Below, piece by piece: positions 39,486 through 51,709 of a stretch of DNA of 64,000 nt (within the stretch, counting starts at the first letter, position 1; each line of letters starts with the position of its first letter). Both the position numbers and the translations under genes were made by a program. The stretch is taken from contig NC_043011.1 in NCBI RefSeq assembly GCF_006345805.1, positions 12,660,464-12,724,463 on the forward strand, written 5' to 3'. Below the pieces are notes generated by a model that saw only the letters and a list, made by a program, of their open reading frames with translations, had not been told where the DNA came from and did not search any database. The DNA comes from Octopus sinensis. Taxonomy: Eukaryota.

Positions 39486-39854
39486 GAATTGTGGTTTTAT
39501 GTGAACATTCCATGCTGGCATGCGTTGGATTGTTGTTGCTCTCCAAAATGGGTCAGATGATGTTGTCTCATTTACAGGTTTCCTTTTATGGCTGGATACC
39601 CTTCTTTATACCAATCCCTTTATTGAGTGAGAGATGACTAGAAATAAGGGATGGATGAGAAGGTGGATATAAAATAGAATAATGATATAAAAAAGAAGAG
39701 AGAAGTGACAACTGTAGCAATTGGGTAAGGTTGATGATTAACCAATGATACATATAAGTTGTGGAGGAGTTAGGGGAGAGTAGGGAATGACTGACAGCTC
39801 AGGAAAGAGGATGTGAAGAACAACAAAATAGTTATGATTATACTTTCTAATTTT

Positions 39855-40035
39855 GTCACAAGGCCTGAAATGTTGGGGGATGGTGCCAATCAATTACATT
39901 GACTCTAGTGCTCAGCTGATGCTTATTTTATGAACCTCAAAAAGATGAAAGGCAAAGTCAACTCAGCAGGATTTGAACTCAGAACATAAAGATAAATTAA
40001 ATGCTACTAAACATTTTGTCTGGTGTGTTAACAAT
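39855..40035 (-). mobile_element. Degenerate SINE family B
   Basis: GATGAAAGGCAAAGTCAAC...ATTTGAACTCAGAAC block. Confidence 0.65.
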
Positions 40036-40480
40036 TCTACCATCTCACCTAATAATAAGAATGGTAATACAGTAGACAGAAGAAGAATGAGAGAGGATGG
40101 TAGAAAGAAAGAGGGGGAGATGATGTCTGGATGGGCAGGTTGTAAGAGTATATATGGTTGACATAGTGAATAATTTGGTGACTCAGGAGGTTAGTCAATG
40201 TAAAATTTTGGTTGGCAAAGATAAATTTAAGAATGGAAGATGAATAATAAGTGAAAAGGTCCCAGAGAGTTAGAAGGATAAGTGATACCAGGGAAGACCA
40301 GGTGAATTATGCTGTTCTATTCACATTTAATTACAGCAGCAGAATAGTACAGTTAGAAAGGTGCTGGGAATGTCTTAACGAGAAAATTAGGTGGAGGATC
40401 AGTTATGCAGATATATATACATTGTGTTCCCAGAATTTCAGTTTTGCAGAGTTAAGTGTGTCTTCTGCAGAACCACATTC

Positions 40481-40897
40481 GGATCTTTTCGGTTTGAATG
40501 GCAGTTTTTAACATAATTTCTAGGTAACTAAAAAATTTTAAACTTCGTATACTGGTAAAATGTGTTTATAAAACATCTTTTTCTCTTGGCTTTATTGAGA
40601 AAATTCTATAGTTTGTAAAATATTTGTTGTTTTTTTTCTTCAATTTCTGCAATTTCAATCAATCACTGACGTCTATTGAGGTAAACAACATTCTGTGCCG
40701 TATGAATATGTTCCTCGTTTAAGAAACAGAATGGGTTTATTTACATTTGTGAAGAAAAAAAGATACCCTTTCCTCCACCCCTAACCGTAACCCTAAAACA
40801 GATAGAAATGCAATAGATCGATATTAGGGTCATAATTATGGGTGACAATTTCATATGACACTGCTAGAAAAAACTACCGTTCAAACCGAAAAGATCC
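40481..40897. mobile_element. GGATC-ended MITE with 8-bp TSD (Merlin-like)
   Basis: About 29-bp TIR GGATCTTTTCGGTTTGAA(T/C)GG(C/T)AGTTTTT. Perfect TSD CCACATTC at 40473-40480 and 40898-40905. Confidence 0.9.
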
Positions 40898-41097
40898 CCA
40901 CATTCATCCTAATTTTCTGTCATCTCCATGAGATCTTGAGATCAGTGTTCACTATCTCATCCCTATTCTTCCTGAATCACCCTCTTCTACAAGCTCCATT
41001 TATGGTAAACGATTGACCCTTCTTTGTGCAGCTGCCCTCATCCATGCACATCACATGTCCATACCAGTAAAGTCTACTTACTTACACATTACATCTT

Positions 41098-41314
41098 GAA
41101 TATTTGAAGGATCAACGAAAAACTGCTGATCTGGAACCCAACCTAGGCCCCCATATCTACGGCGTTCGCCACTGGAATAAGGAGTGGTTGGAGATCATGC
41201 GGTCGTTAGCCTCAAATCGCCAGGCCTGGTTGGTGTTTGTGAGAGATGCAGCATTGAGGATGAATGAAGCCAGCTCAACCCACCCTGGGTGAATGCTGTC
41301 AAGTCAAGTCAAGT
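41098..41314 (+). mobile_element. 5'-truncated LINE 3' end with (TCAAG)n tail
   Basis: 13-bp TSD CACATTACATCTT at 41085-41097 and 41315-41327. Translation LASNRQAW...VRD is typical of a LINE C-terminus. Confidence 0.8.
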
Positions 41315-41525
41315 CACATTACATCTTATTCTTCTTATGCCCACTTTTTCTCTTAACACATTCATCCACGCTTACATTACACATTCAGCCCTAGATTAAT
41401 TACTTTCCTGTCTTCACAAGCCTTCAGCATTCAAGGCCCATGAATACTGACTTTATGTTGATTGATTCAGTACGTGTTTTTGATTATATGTTTTATTGAT
41501 TACATTATGTGTGTACCGCTTGTGT

Positions 41526-41720
41526 ACTACCTGAAAACGAGGCAATTTCTACTCTTCTCCTCTGGAAGCCATCTACTCGCAATACCAGAGGGCGCACACT
41601 CTCCTACCCTGATGCAATCTCCAGGGATAAAGGCATGCAGCAACAGGACCTCCGTGAAGTCTGGCGTAGCATGGTAAATTCCATTGTCTTGACCATGGTC
41701 GAACAATGATGATGATGATG
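41526..41720 (+). mobile_element. LINE family 2, 3' end with (GAT)n
   Basis: Homologous to 56210-56441 and 57285-57570 (ENEAISTLLLWKPS...). Confidence 0.85.
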
Positions 41721-42095
41721 CTTGTGTCTTCTCATTTTGATATCATGTGATAGTTGTAAATGAGCGTCAATGTCATATAAGCAGGGTTATTCATTTCCCA
41801 TATTCTACAAAAATATGTCTGACCACAGGGAAATATCTTGCTTTCAAATAGGTCTGAGTTGGTGACAGGAAGGGAATCGACCATACACGACCAGCATCAA
41901 ACACTTTGACCAATGCAAGCATGGAAATGTAGACATTAAAATGATGATAACAGTGATGATTTTAAACTCTTTCTCTCTCTCTCTTTCACACACACACACA
42001 CACTCTCTCTCTCTCTCCCTATATATATATATATATATTATATTTTGTGAAATTGATTTAGTATTTCTAAATTGAATTTTTCCCTGTAAGTTAGG

Positions 42096-42140
<45 letters not shown>

Positions 42141-42700
42141 TATAAAAAAAGGAAATGAAGAAAATGCTGACAAAATAATTTAAGTCAGGGAGAGTGTATT
42201 TAATTAGGTGAAAGTTCTTTTTTTAAACAAAAAAAGAGAAAAATTGGGTTAGAATACAATGTTCATTTTTTGTGAATGATTTCAGTGTATAAGAAAAAAA
42301 GTAAGAGTCTTTTACAGTGTTCTGTTTCAGAATAAGATATTTAGTAAAAGCGTGTAATATACAGTTTTTTGTGGAAAAGTTCAATGTCAGATTTCAGTGT
42401 AGAATAAAAAAAGTAAGAGTTTACCGGTTGCGCATTTGTTATGCTTATCAAAAGATATTTTGAGTGAGATAGAGTTCCTTTCTGATTGATTTTTTTCTCT
42501 TATCTGACTTTATGTTGGGTTTGCTGTCTCTTATATGTGAAAAAAGAGGCTCCAGAGTTGTTTAAGATTTGCTTGGTTTCGTGCCTAAAAATTTCTTGTG
42601 GACAATGGTCAATACAATTTTGATTATAATGACCAATCAAAATACACTCTCCCTTACTTAAATTATTTTGTCAGCATTTTCTTCATTTCCTTTTTTTATA
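42141..42700. repeat. Inverted-repeat element (about 60-bp arms) in (TA)n
   Basis: Arms 42141-42201 and 42640-42700 are near-perfect. Internal direct repeat TTTCAGTGTA...AAAAAAGTAAGAGT at about 42281 and 42392. Confidence 0.8.
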
Positions 42701-43749
42701 TATCACGACTCGTGTTCCACATCTCCTTTTTTATATATAAATATATATATATATATATTCATCTATGGTGTGTGGTGATAATTTCTGGTTCAAAATAAAT
42801 GAATTCACTTTTATTTACAGAGTGCAACTGAAAAAAATCTTGCTTGTTGAATTGAAAGTAGAAAATCTAAAATTTTAGATATTCTCCTTAGAATATCTTT
42901 TACAGATGTCAAGCAAATTATTAATACAAGCATTAATATTCATGCTTGATAACTAAATTACTTCTTTATGAAATTATAATCAATTTATCATTGAGACTCT
43001 GATGATCAATTATCCAAATTCTTCAGTCTGCTGTTATTATTCTTTTCCTTTTCCTCATCCATCTTCTCTCGCATCCTTCACCACATCCTACACCTTCTGC
43101 CACTTCCTGATCCATATTGCCATCATAATTATTTTCTTTTTATTTTCCTCATTATTTCTTTTCACCTTCTTCTCTTTCTTTTTTTCTTCTCATCTTACTT
43201 CTTCAGCTTCATTATTTTTTTCTTTTTTTTTTTTATCTATTTTCTCCTCCTCCTCTCCCTCTTCTTCTTCCTCCAACCACATGTCTCTCTTCTTCTATTC
43301 TATGAATACACACTTGTCTCAGACACAAATACTCTTTCAGTCTGCTTACCTAAATTACTCAAGTTTTTCAATTAAACATTTGGATCAACAAACTCGGTGG
43401 ATTGATTGATTAGTCAATAGATTCAACATATCTCTCGCAATAGTAACTTTCCTTATTGTTTGTTCTTCTTGTCAATCGAAGCAGTAGCAACAGAAGCAGT
43501 TGCATCATCATCATCACCATAACAACAACAACACAATCACCACTAATATCACAATCATCATCATCATCATCAGCAGCAGCAGCAGCAGCAACATTTCAAA
43601 GCAAGAATTTCCAATTGAACTTTTTGCTGTTCAGTAGCCACCACCTCAGTTTGATTAACTCAGTCAAGAAAGTGATTAGTTCCACCTTTGAAACCCTCTC
43701 CCCCACCCAACACATATACATCTGTGTGTGTGTGTACATAAACACACAT

Positions 43750-43870
43750 AGATACGGGTATGGGTATGTGGTTAAGAAACTTACTTCCTAACCATGTGAT
43801 CCCAGGTTCAGTCCCATTGCAGGACATCTTTAGCAAATGTCTTCTACTATTGCCCTGGGCTAACCAATAC
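43750..43870 (+). mobile_element. Degenerate SINE family A, 5' part
   Basis: Decayed tRNA-like head and CORE-like block. Confidence 0.7.
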
Positions 43871-44506
43871 TGAAAAACATTAATACATGTCAAAGTGACA
43901 AAGTTATTAGGAAGGTACCAGGTGGTTGTGAGAAGAGCTACAAACAACAGGTAAATCATTCTTAAATTGTTTTGAAATTATAAACAGAAATAAATTCCAG
44001 ATTTAAACTGCCTGTATTTTAAAACTATGGCAAAAAATATTTTGAAAAAAAGCTGAAATTTCAGGATTTATAGAGGTGCGGGGCAGGGATAATGAAAACA
44101 TTATAGGAAATTTTGCTATTGTTTTTAAATTATATTTCCTTTTCTGTTTGAAAATAAAAGAAGTAGGGATTGTAATAGTGAGCACCAATTTTCAAAATTT
44201 TTCTTTCTTTTAACAGACAAGGCTTTCCTATAGTTTTAAGTGTATAGGGAAGAAAAACAATTGGCCAAAAGCGATATTGAGTAGGGGAGGGGTTTGAAAA
44301 AAATTAAATTTTCCAAAATTTCTTTTCATAAAAAGATCTTCCATCATCATTTCCAAGACTGTAAAAAATTTGAAAAATTTTCATCAAAATGGAGAAAATT
44401 TAACTTATGTGCGTGTGCTATTCCAAAAGTCCACTAAGACATTCTGTTATGAAAATTGCCTAGCAAGAATAGGATGTTCAGCTAGTATGTATGTGTGTGT
44501 GTATAT

Positions 44507-44545
<39 letters not shown>

Positions 44546-44554
44546 CATTACATA

Positions 44555-44701
44555 CGTAACTTAGCGGTTCAGCAAAAGAGACCGATAGAATAAGTACTAG
44601 GCTTACAAAGAATAAGTCCTAGGGTCGATTTACTCGACTAAAGGTGGTGCTCCAGCATGGCCACAGTCAAATGACTGAAACAAGTAAAAGAGTAAAAGAG
44701 A
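44555..44701 (+). mobile_element. SINE family A, 3' part
   Basis: CGTAACTTAGCGGTTC...(TAAAAGAG)n. Confidence 0.88.
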
Positions 44702-44743
44702 ATATATATATATATATATATAGTTATATATACGTTTGTATAT

Positions 44744-44927
44744 AGGTAGGCTAACTGGGAAGATAGTTTTTGTATGTGGCAGATGCTCGGGAGCATTAAC
44801 CTCCGAAAATCTGCAGAAAACAACTTCCGTCACTTTCCAGGGCGAAAAACTAGAAGTAGTTGATAGTTTCCGTTATCTAGGTGACCAAGTCAGTAGTGGG
44901 GGTGGGTGCGCTGACAGTGTAACTGCT
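44744..44927 (+). repeat. Inverted near-identical copy of RTE segment 46250-46433
   Basis: 184 bp with one mismatch by eye (GACAG vs GAAAG), embedded in TA microsatellite. Confidence 0.92.
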
Positions 44928-44994
44928 TGTATATAGTATATGTAATATATCCATGTATATATGTATATGTAATATATCCATGTATATGTGTATC

Positions 44995-45033
<39 letters not shown>

Positions 45034-45034
45034 A

Positions 45035-45089
<55 letters not shown>

Positions 45090-45250
45090 GTATATAAATA
45101 TATATATGTATATATATATACATACATATATATATATATGTGCATGTGTGTGTATACACACTCATACACACACACACACACACACACAGTTTATAGATCC
45201 AATATAGGTAGGATCAACAAAAAAAGTACTCCATTCACTGAGAGATAAAT

Positions 45251-48200
45251 CATCATCATCATCATTTAACGTCCGTTCTCCATGCTAGCATGGGTTGGAC
45301 GGTTCGACCGGGGATCTGGGAAGCCAGAAGGCTGCACCAGGCTCCAGTCTTATCTGGCAATGTTTCTACAGCTGGATGCCCTTCCTAACGCCAACCACTC
45401 CGTGAGTGTAGTGGGTGCTTTTTACGTGCCACCTGCACAGGTGCCAGGCGAGGCTGGCAATGGCCACGGTCGGATTGGTGTATTTTACGTGCCACCGGCA
45501 CGGAAGCCAGTCGAGGCGGTGCTGGCATCGGCCATGAGTCGGATAGTGCTTTTTACGTACCACCAGACCAGGGGTCCTGGCTGGTTCAATTCGATTTCGA
45601 TTTCGCTTGCCCCAACATGTCTTCGCAAGCAAAGGGGGTTGGCATGGGTGCCTGTCGTCGGATGAGGTTCTATATCGACTTCGCTTGCCTCAACAGGTCT
45701 TTGTGTCCAAGGGAGGAAAGGCATGCATAAGTGGGCTGGGCTCACTTGTCCTGCCTGGTCTTCTCACGTACAGCATATTTCCAAAGGTCTCGGTCGCTGG
45801 TCATTTCCTCAGTGAGGCCTAAAGTTCGGTGGTCGTGCTTCACCACCTCGTTCCAGGTTTTCCTGGGTCTACCTCTTCCACGGGTTCCCTCAACTGCTAG
45901 GGATTGGCACTTTCTCACACACTTCATCCATTCTCGCCACATGACCATACCAGTGCAATCGTCTCTCTTGCACACCATAACTGATGCTTCTTAGGTACAA
46001 CATTTCTCTCAAGGTACTAACGCTCTGTCGAGCATGCACACTGACATTACACATCCATCGGAGCATACTGGCTTCATTCCTCATGAGCTTACGCATGTCC
46101 TCAGCAGTCACGGACCATATTTCACTGCCATGTAGCATGGCTGTTCATACACATGCATCATACAGTCTGCCTTTTACTCTGAGCAAGAGGCCTTTAGTCA
46201 CCAGCAGAGGTAAGAGCTCCCTAAACTTTGCCCAGGCTATTCTTATTCTAGCAGTTACACTTTCAGCGCACCCACCCCCACTACTGACTTGGTCACCTAG
46301 ATAACGGAAACTATCAACTACTTCTAGTTTTTCGCCCTGGAAAGTGACGGAAGTTGTTTTCTGCAGATTTTCGGAGGTTAATGCTCCCGAGCATCTGCCA
46401 CATACAAAAACTATCTTCCCAGTTAGCCTACCTTTGGCATTGCTGCACCTCTTATGTGTCCATAGCTTACACTGGGTACATCTTATAGAGTTTCTACCTA
46501 CACCTTTTCTACAGATCGAGCAGGGCCATCTTCCTGAAGACATTTGTGGATTGTCTACCTTTCTACTTATTAGTACTTTGGTTTTAGCTAGGTTGACTCT
46601 AAGGCCCCTCGATTCTAAACCCTCCTTTCACACCTGGAACTTCTCCTCCAGTTCTGATAGTGACTCAGCAATTAGAGCAAGGTCGTCAGCATAGAGGAGC
46701 TCCCAGGGGCAACCTGTCTTGAATTCCTCCGTAATTGCCTGGAGGACTATGATAAATAAGAGGGGGCTGAGTACTGAACCCTGGTGGACCCCAACCTCTA
46801 CTTTGAATTCTTCTGTGTACATGTTGCCAACCCTAACCTTACTTACGGCATCTCTGTACATGGCTTGCACAGCCCTCACCAGCCATTCATCTATCCCTAG
46901 TTTCCTCATTGACCACCAGATAAGGGATTGGGGGACCCTATCAAAGGCTTTCTCCATGTCAACGAAAGCCAGGTACAGGGGCTTATCTTTGGCTAGGTAT
47001 TTCTCCTGCAGCTGCCTTACCAGGAATATAGCATCAATGGTACTTTTCCCTGGCATGAACCCAAACTGCATCTCATCTAAACTAACTCTCTCTCTAATTA
47101 GCTGGGCTATGACCCTCTCCGTAACCTTCATTACCTGATCCAACAGCTTGATATCTCTGTAATTATTTGTATCTAGGGCATCACCTTTACCTTTGTAGCA
47201 GTTGACTAGTATGCTGCTACACCAGTCATTGGGTATGACTCCTTCGTGTATCACCTGGTTGACTATACGGGTGACTAGGTTATAGCCGACACTGCCAGAT
47301 ATTTTGAGCATCTCTGCAGTAATTCCTGATGGGCCTGGGGCTTTCCCTGTCTTCATGCTTCTAATTGCTTTAACTACCAAAGAATTTTCAACTCGGATGG
47401 CTGGTCCCTCTGTTGGGTTGACATTCATCAGACTCTCTTTATCCCATTCATTTTCTTTATTCAGCAACCTTTCATAGTGGCATCTCCAAACCTCTCTCTT
47501 TGCATCCTCATTTAGCACAAGTGAACCATCATCCATGCGGACACATTTCTCTCCTACCACATCACGATTCTCTCTCACACACTGTCTTGCAACACGAAAT
47601 ACCTCAACTCTTTCATCCTCACAGCGCTGAACGTTGGCAAATTTTTTCTTATCCACTTCCCCTCTGGCTAAATAAACCTGTCTCCTAGCTTCCCTTCTGG
47701 CTGTCTAATACAATTCCCTGCTACCACCGTTCTTCCAGTCCCTCCAAGCCTGTTTCTTTTGTCTAATAGCCCTGTCAACCACATTGTTCCACCACCATGT
47801 TACTCTGGGTCGAGATGGGACTTTGCTCCATTCACAGATCTGGTCAGTGGCTGTCAGCATATAGTCCCGTAGAAATCTCCAGTTGTCTTCCACATTAAGT
47901 GAAGCTATATCCCCTTCTATTTCGTCAAAGGCTTCGAGTAGTTTGTCTCTAAATCTCTGTCCATTTGCAGGATCTTTAAGCTTCCAGACCCCTCTCCTCC
48001 AAGCTGGTCTTCTTCTGGGCAACCATTTAGCTCTGATCCTGAAGTCGCTAACTACTAATCTATGTTGAGGAGTACATTCTTCGCCTGGAAAGGTTTTGGC
48101 ATTTATAAGCAGCCCTCTTTCCCTCTTTCTGGCGAGGATGTAGTCAATCTGGCTAGTGTGTCTGCCAGAACAGTAGGTGACTAGGTGAGAGGTGGGTTTC

Positions 48201-48712
48201 CTGAAGTTGGTATTGCAAACCATAAGGTCATTTGCATCACAGAACTCCAGCAGCCTGGTTCCCTCCTCATTGCGAGAGCCAAAACTGTAGCTTCCATGAA
48301 CGCCATGGAAGCCCCCGACATGCTGACCAACATGTCCATTGAAATCACCTGCCACAAGAAGAAGGTCACTGTCATTCATCAACAAGGTAGTCCACAATAG
48401 GGTGTTGTAGAATTGGTCTTTCTGTCCTTCCGGTAGCCCTGGTTGAGGGGCATATGCCGAGATGATGGTAGCTGACCTATGGTGAAGCACTAATCTAATC
48501 TTAAGTACTCTATCACTTACTCTGACTACCTCGATTACCTTATCTACCCATTTCTCCGCAAGAAGTATACCCACGCCCCCGACCCCGTCACTGTTCCCTG
48601 CCCAGAAAATCTTGTACCTGTGTTCCTTGCCTGTGAGGAGCCTAGTGGAGCCTCCTCTCCATCTTACTTCCTGGATGCAGCATAAATCCACACGTCTCCA
48701 TTCAAGCAGCTC
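45251..48712 (-). mobile_element. RTE-type LINE, slightly 5'-truncated
   Basis: (GAT)n tail at 45251, about 490-bp 3' UTR, and one long interrupted ORF. Confidence 0.96.
45742..48712 (-). pseudogene. APE endonuclease + reverse transcriptase + PHD-type finger ORF of the RTE LINE
   Basis: APE: CIQEVRW, GVGILL, AGDFNGHVG, SQIDYIL, QHRLVV. RT: QFGF, FVDMEKAFD, GVHQGSVLSP, LLYADD. C4HC3 finger at 46391-46522. The track ORFs 47705..48724, 46628..47656, 46145..46543 and 45890..46138 share one frame separated by single stops, with a frameshift near 45930. Confidence 0.95.
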
Positions 48713-49050
48713 TTTAATACACAACTGAAAGAACTACAAACAGTTTCATGCTTCTATGATACTTGATCTGGACATATTTATAAAATATGCCATCTGTCTC
48801 GACATCGATGCTTTATCATTGCTGTGAATTTTCAATGCCACATACCAAACAAGGCCTGCTGCAATCGATATTGCCAAATATGACTATATACTAAATGGTT
48901 TGAAAAACCATCTGCTGGCATGTCAGAACATTCCATGTCATGAGAAAAATTCAAATAGGAATCAGAAGCAGCCCAAGATAAAGAAACAAAATCGAACACA
49001 CATACACAAAGTGTGCGTGTTGTTAATTCGTGGGTCAGCTGCGTTTTTAG

Positions 49051-49098
49051 GCATAAGAGAATATATTCTCAATGCACCTGGTGTTAAAACACTTGAAA
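49051..49098 (+). CDS. Candidate 48-bp internal exon of an unidentified gene
   Basis: GCGTTTTTAG acceptor, AAA|GTAAGT donor, symmetric phase 1, open frame (G)IREYILNAPGVKTLE. No homology recognised. Confidence 0.28.
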
Positions 49099-49307
49099 GT
49101 AAGTTACAGTTATGGTACATGCCAATACATACAGAGAGATTAAGGTCACCCAGGCAGATGTTATTGTCAAAGTCCACCAGTATGACTGATTTATTTCTAA
49201 TGCAAGACCAGAAATGTAAAAGAAAAACATATTAAATTAGATTAATCTCTACTTCACTGCTATTCTATCATATGTATATATGTGTATATATGTATGTATA
49301 TATATAT

Positions 49308-49523
49308 AGTTAATCCAAACAAGAAAGCACAAAAAAACACAACAACGCGGGGACATGGAACAAATATAGTATTATTGGACGCTCAGGAAAGAAGGAAAGA
49401 AGGAGGGTTTAACGTTTCGAGCGAAGCTCTTCATCGGAAACATAGGAGAAGGAAAGATCCAGAGAAGGGAAGACAGAGGAAAAAAAATCGCCAACGGTAC
49501 ACACGAGGTCACATTTTGAAATA
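49308..49523 (-). mobile_element. Short Penelope-like repeat between (TA)n tracts
   Basis: Homologous to 1641-1849 and carries a hammerhead-like motif. Confidence 0.65.
49407..49441 (-). ncRNA. Putative minimal type I hammerhead ribozyme
   Basis: Minus strand reads GUUU-CCGAUGA-A-GAGC-UUC-GCUC-GAAAC-GUU-AAAC: stem I GUUU/AAAC, stem II GAGC/GCUC, GAAA, palindromic ACGU stem III and a GUU triplet. Position 4 is C instead of the canonical U. Confidence 0.6.
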
Positions 49524-49540
49524 TATATGCATATATATAT

Positions 49541-49587
<47 letters not shown>

Positions 49588-50126
49588 ATATATATATATA
49601 TATATGTATATGTATGTATATGTATATAAATTAAGGGTTTAGCAACAAGTTGCTTCACCACATATCGAAAATTTAGAAATAGCAGCCAAAAGACAACTAA
49701 TTCTTTTAACTACAAATATGACTCCTCAGACAATAATAATTCTTTACCCTATATCTGTAATGATTATATATATATATATAGAGAGAGAGAGGATTTGGTT
49801 GTGACCACAGAAAAAGTAACTAGCATACATCCCTTCTTTAAACACTCTGCTTCAAAGTGAATAAACAGCATGAATGTTATAGGCATGTTTTGAAATTTCT
49901 TTTGTTTCCTGGGTCAGATATGAGAAAGAATCTGTTTGCAATTGTAATCTGATGTTTAGATAATGCTTCTAGCTATTTGTATATGATTAGATATATAACT
50001 AAGAGAAGAGAACTGAAACAACCTCTGACCAAAAAAATCAGAAAATTACCCCCACTGTACAGAGAGAAAAGAAGAGATGAAGAAAGAGAGAGAGAACTGC
50101 ACAACATGTATATTACATAAATGTAC

Positions 50127-50226
50127 NNNNNNNNNNNNNNNNNNNNNNNNNNNNNNNNNNNNNNNNNNNNNNNNNNNNNNNNNNNNNNNNNNNNNNNNNN
50201 NNNNNNNNNNNNNNNNNNNNNNNNNN
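50127..50226. other. Assembly gap (100 N)
   Basis: Direct observation. Confidence 1.
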
Positions 50227-50238
50227 CTATATATATAC

Positions 50239-50273
<35 letters not shown>

Positions 50274-50309
50274 TCTATATATATATCTATAATATCTATA
50301 TATCTAAAT

Positions 50310-50558
50310 ATATATGTATGTGTGTGTATATGTTTTGTGGTTCTGTGTTTGGTCCCCCCACACATCGCTTGACAACCGATGCTGGTGTGTTTACGTCCCC
50401 GTAACTTACCAGTTCGGCAAAAAAATAGAGACTGATAAAATAAGTACTAGGCTTACAAAGAATAAGTCCTGGGGTCGATTTGATCGACTGAAGGCGGTGC
50501 TCCAGCATGGCCACAGCCACATGACTGAAACAAGTAAAAGAGTAAAAGAGTAAAGAGT
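50310..50558 (+). mobile_element. SINE family A, 3' half
   Basis: Begins at the internal microsatellite; the 5' half may lie in the gap. Confidence 0.88.
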
Positions 50559-50993
50559 TACAAAAATCCAATGGCTATATGATAGGATCTGAAACTGCTA
50601 GAGATACCAGTGTAACTCCTAATTTCTTCATGGATGATGTGAGGAGCTATACTGAAAATGTTAACAATGCCAAAAAACAGCAGGAGTTAATAACAACATT
50701 TTCAGCAAACACAGGAATGGAATTTGGCCAAAAGAAGTGAGCTTGTATTTAATTGCTGACTGTAGAAAATCAGTATCCCGAACCCAAAATTTGTGCATCA
50801 ATGGTTTCTCCATCTCTCCTGTTGATAAAAATATATTGTATGAAGGTGAATACAGATAGAGTGATGTGAGACTACTACACCAGACTTAGAAAAAATTTGC
50901 AGTCAGAACTCTCTTCTTACAACAAGACAATATTCCACAATGTATTTACAACACCAATATTGATACCAATATTTGAGAGACTTGACTGGTCTA

Positions 50994-51463
50994 CTCTCTC
51001 TTTTTACTCTTTTACTTGTTTCAGTCATTTGACTGCGGCCATGCTGGAGCACTGCCTTTTAGTCGAGCAAATCGACCCCGGGACTTATTCTTTGTAAGCC
51101 CAGTACTTATTCTATTGGTCTCTTTTGCCGAACCGCTAAGTGACAGGGACGTAAACCAGCATCAGTTGTCAAGCAATGCTAGGGGGACAAACACACATAC
51201 ACACATCATCATCATCATCATCATTTAGCATCCGCTTTCCATGCTAGCATGGGTTGGATGGTTCAACTGGGGTCTGTGAAGCCAGAAGGCAGCATCAGGC
51301 CACGACAGGCTTCTTTCAGTTTCCGTCTACCAAATCCACTCACAAGGCATTGGTCGGCCCGGGGCTATAGCAGAAGACACTTGCCCAAGATGCCACACAG
51401 TGGGACTGAAACCGGAACCATGTGGTTGGTTAGCAAGCTACTTACCACACAGCCCCTCCTGCG
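50994..51463 (-). mobile_element. SINE family A with an RTE-tail fragment in its internal microsatellite
   Basis: 3' half 50994-51204, RTE tail (CAT)n fragment about 51205-51302, 5' half about 51303-51463. Confidence 0.85.
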
Positions 51464-51709
51464 GTCTATAGAGAAAATTCACTTCCTAGGCATTAAAACC
51501 AACAAGACCCTTATGGCAAATGGAAACTTTCACGTAAACAGTGTGATATCAACAGAATCTATCTAAGAAAAGATGAAGGGGGTAGAGGCTTGAGATCAGT
51601 GCACAAAGCCGATAAACATCATTTAGCATCTCTCAGACAGCACCTGTAAAACAACAACAACAACAACAACAAAAATAAATACACAAACCTCATGCTTAAA
51701 AGAAAAGAG

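Noticed and set aside
42545-42605. Minus-strand GAAAC-containing hammerhead-like segment
   Set aside because: No CUGANGA core and no stem II pairing.
43345-43450. Strong minus-strand donor GTAAGC
   Set aside because: All three frames are closed immediately upstream; at most non-coding.
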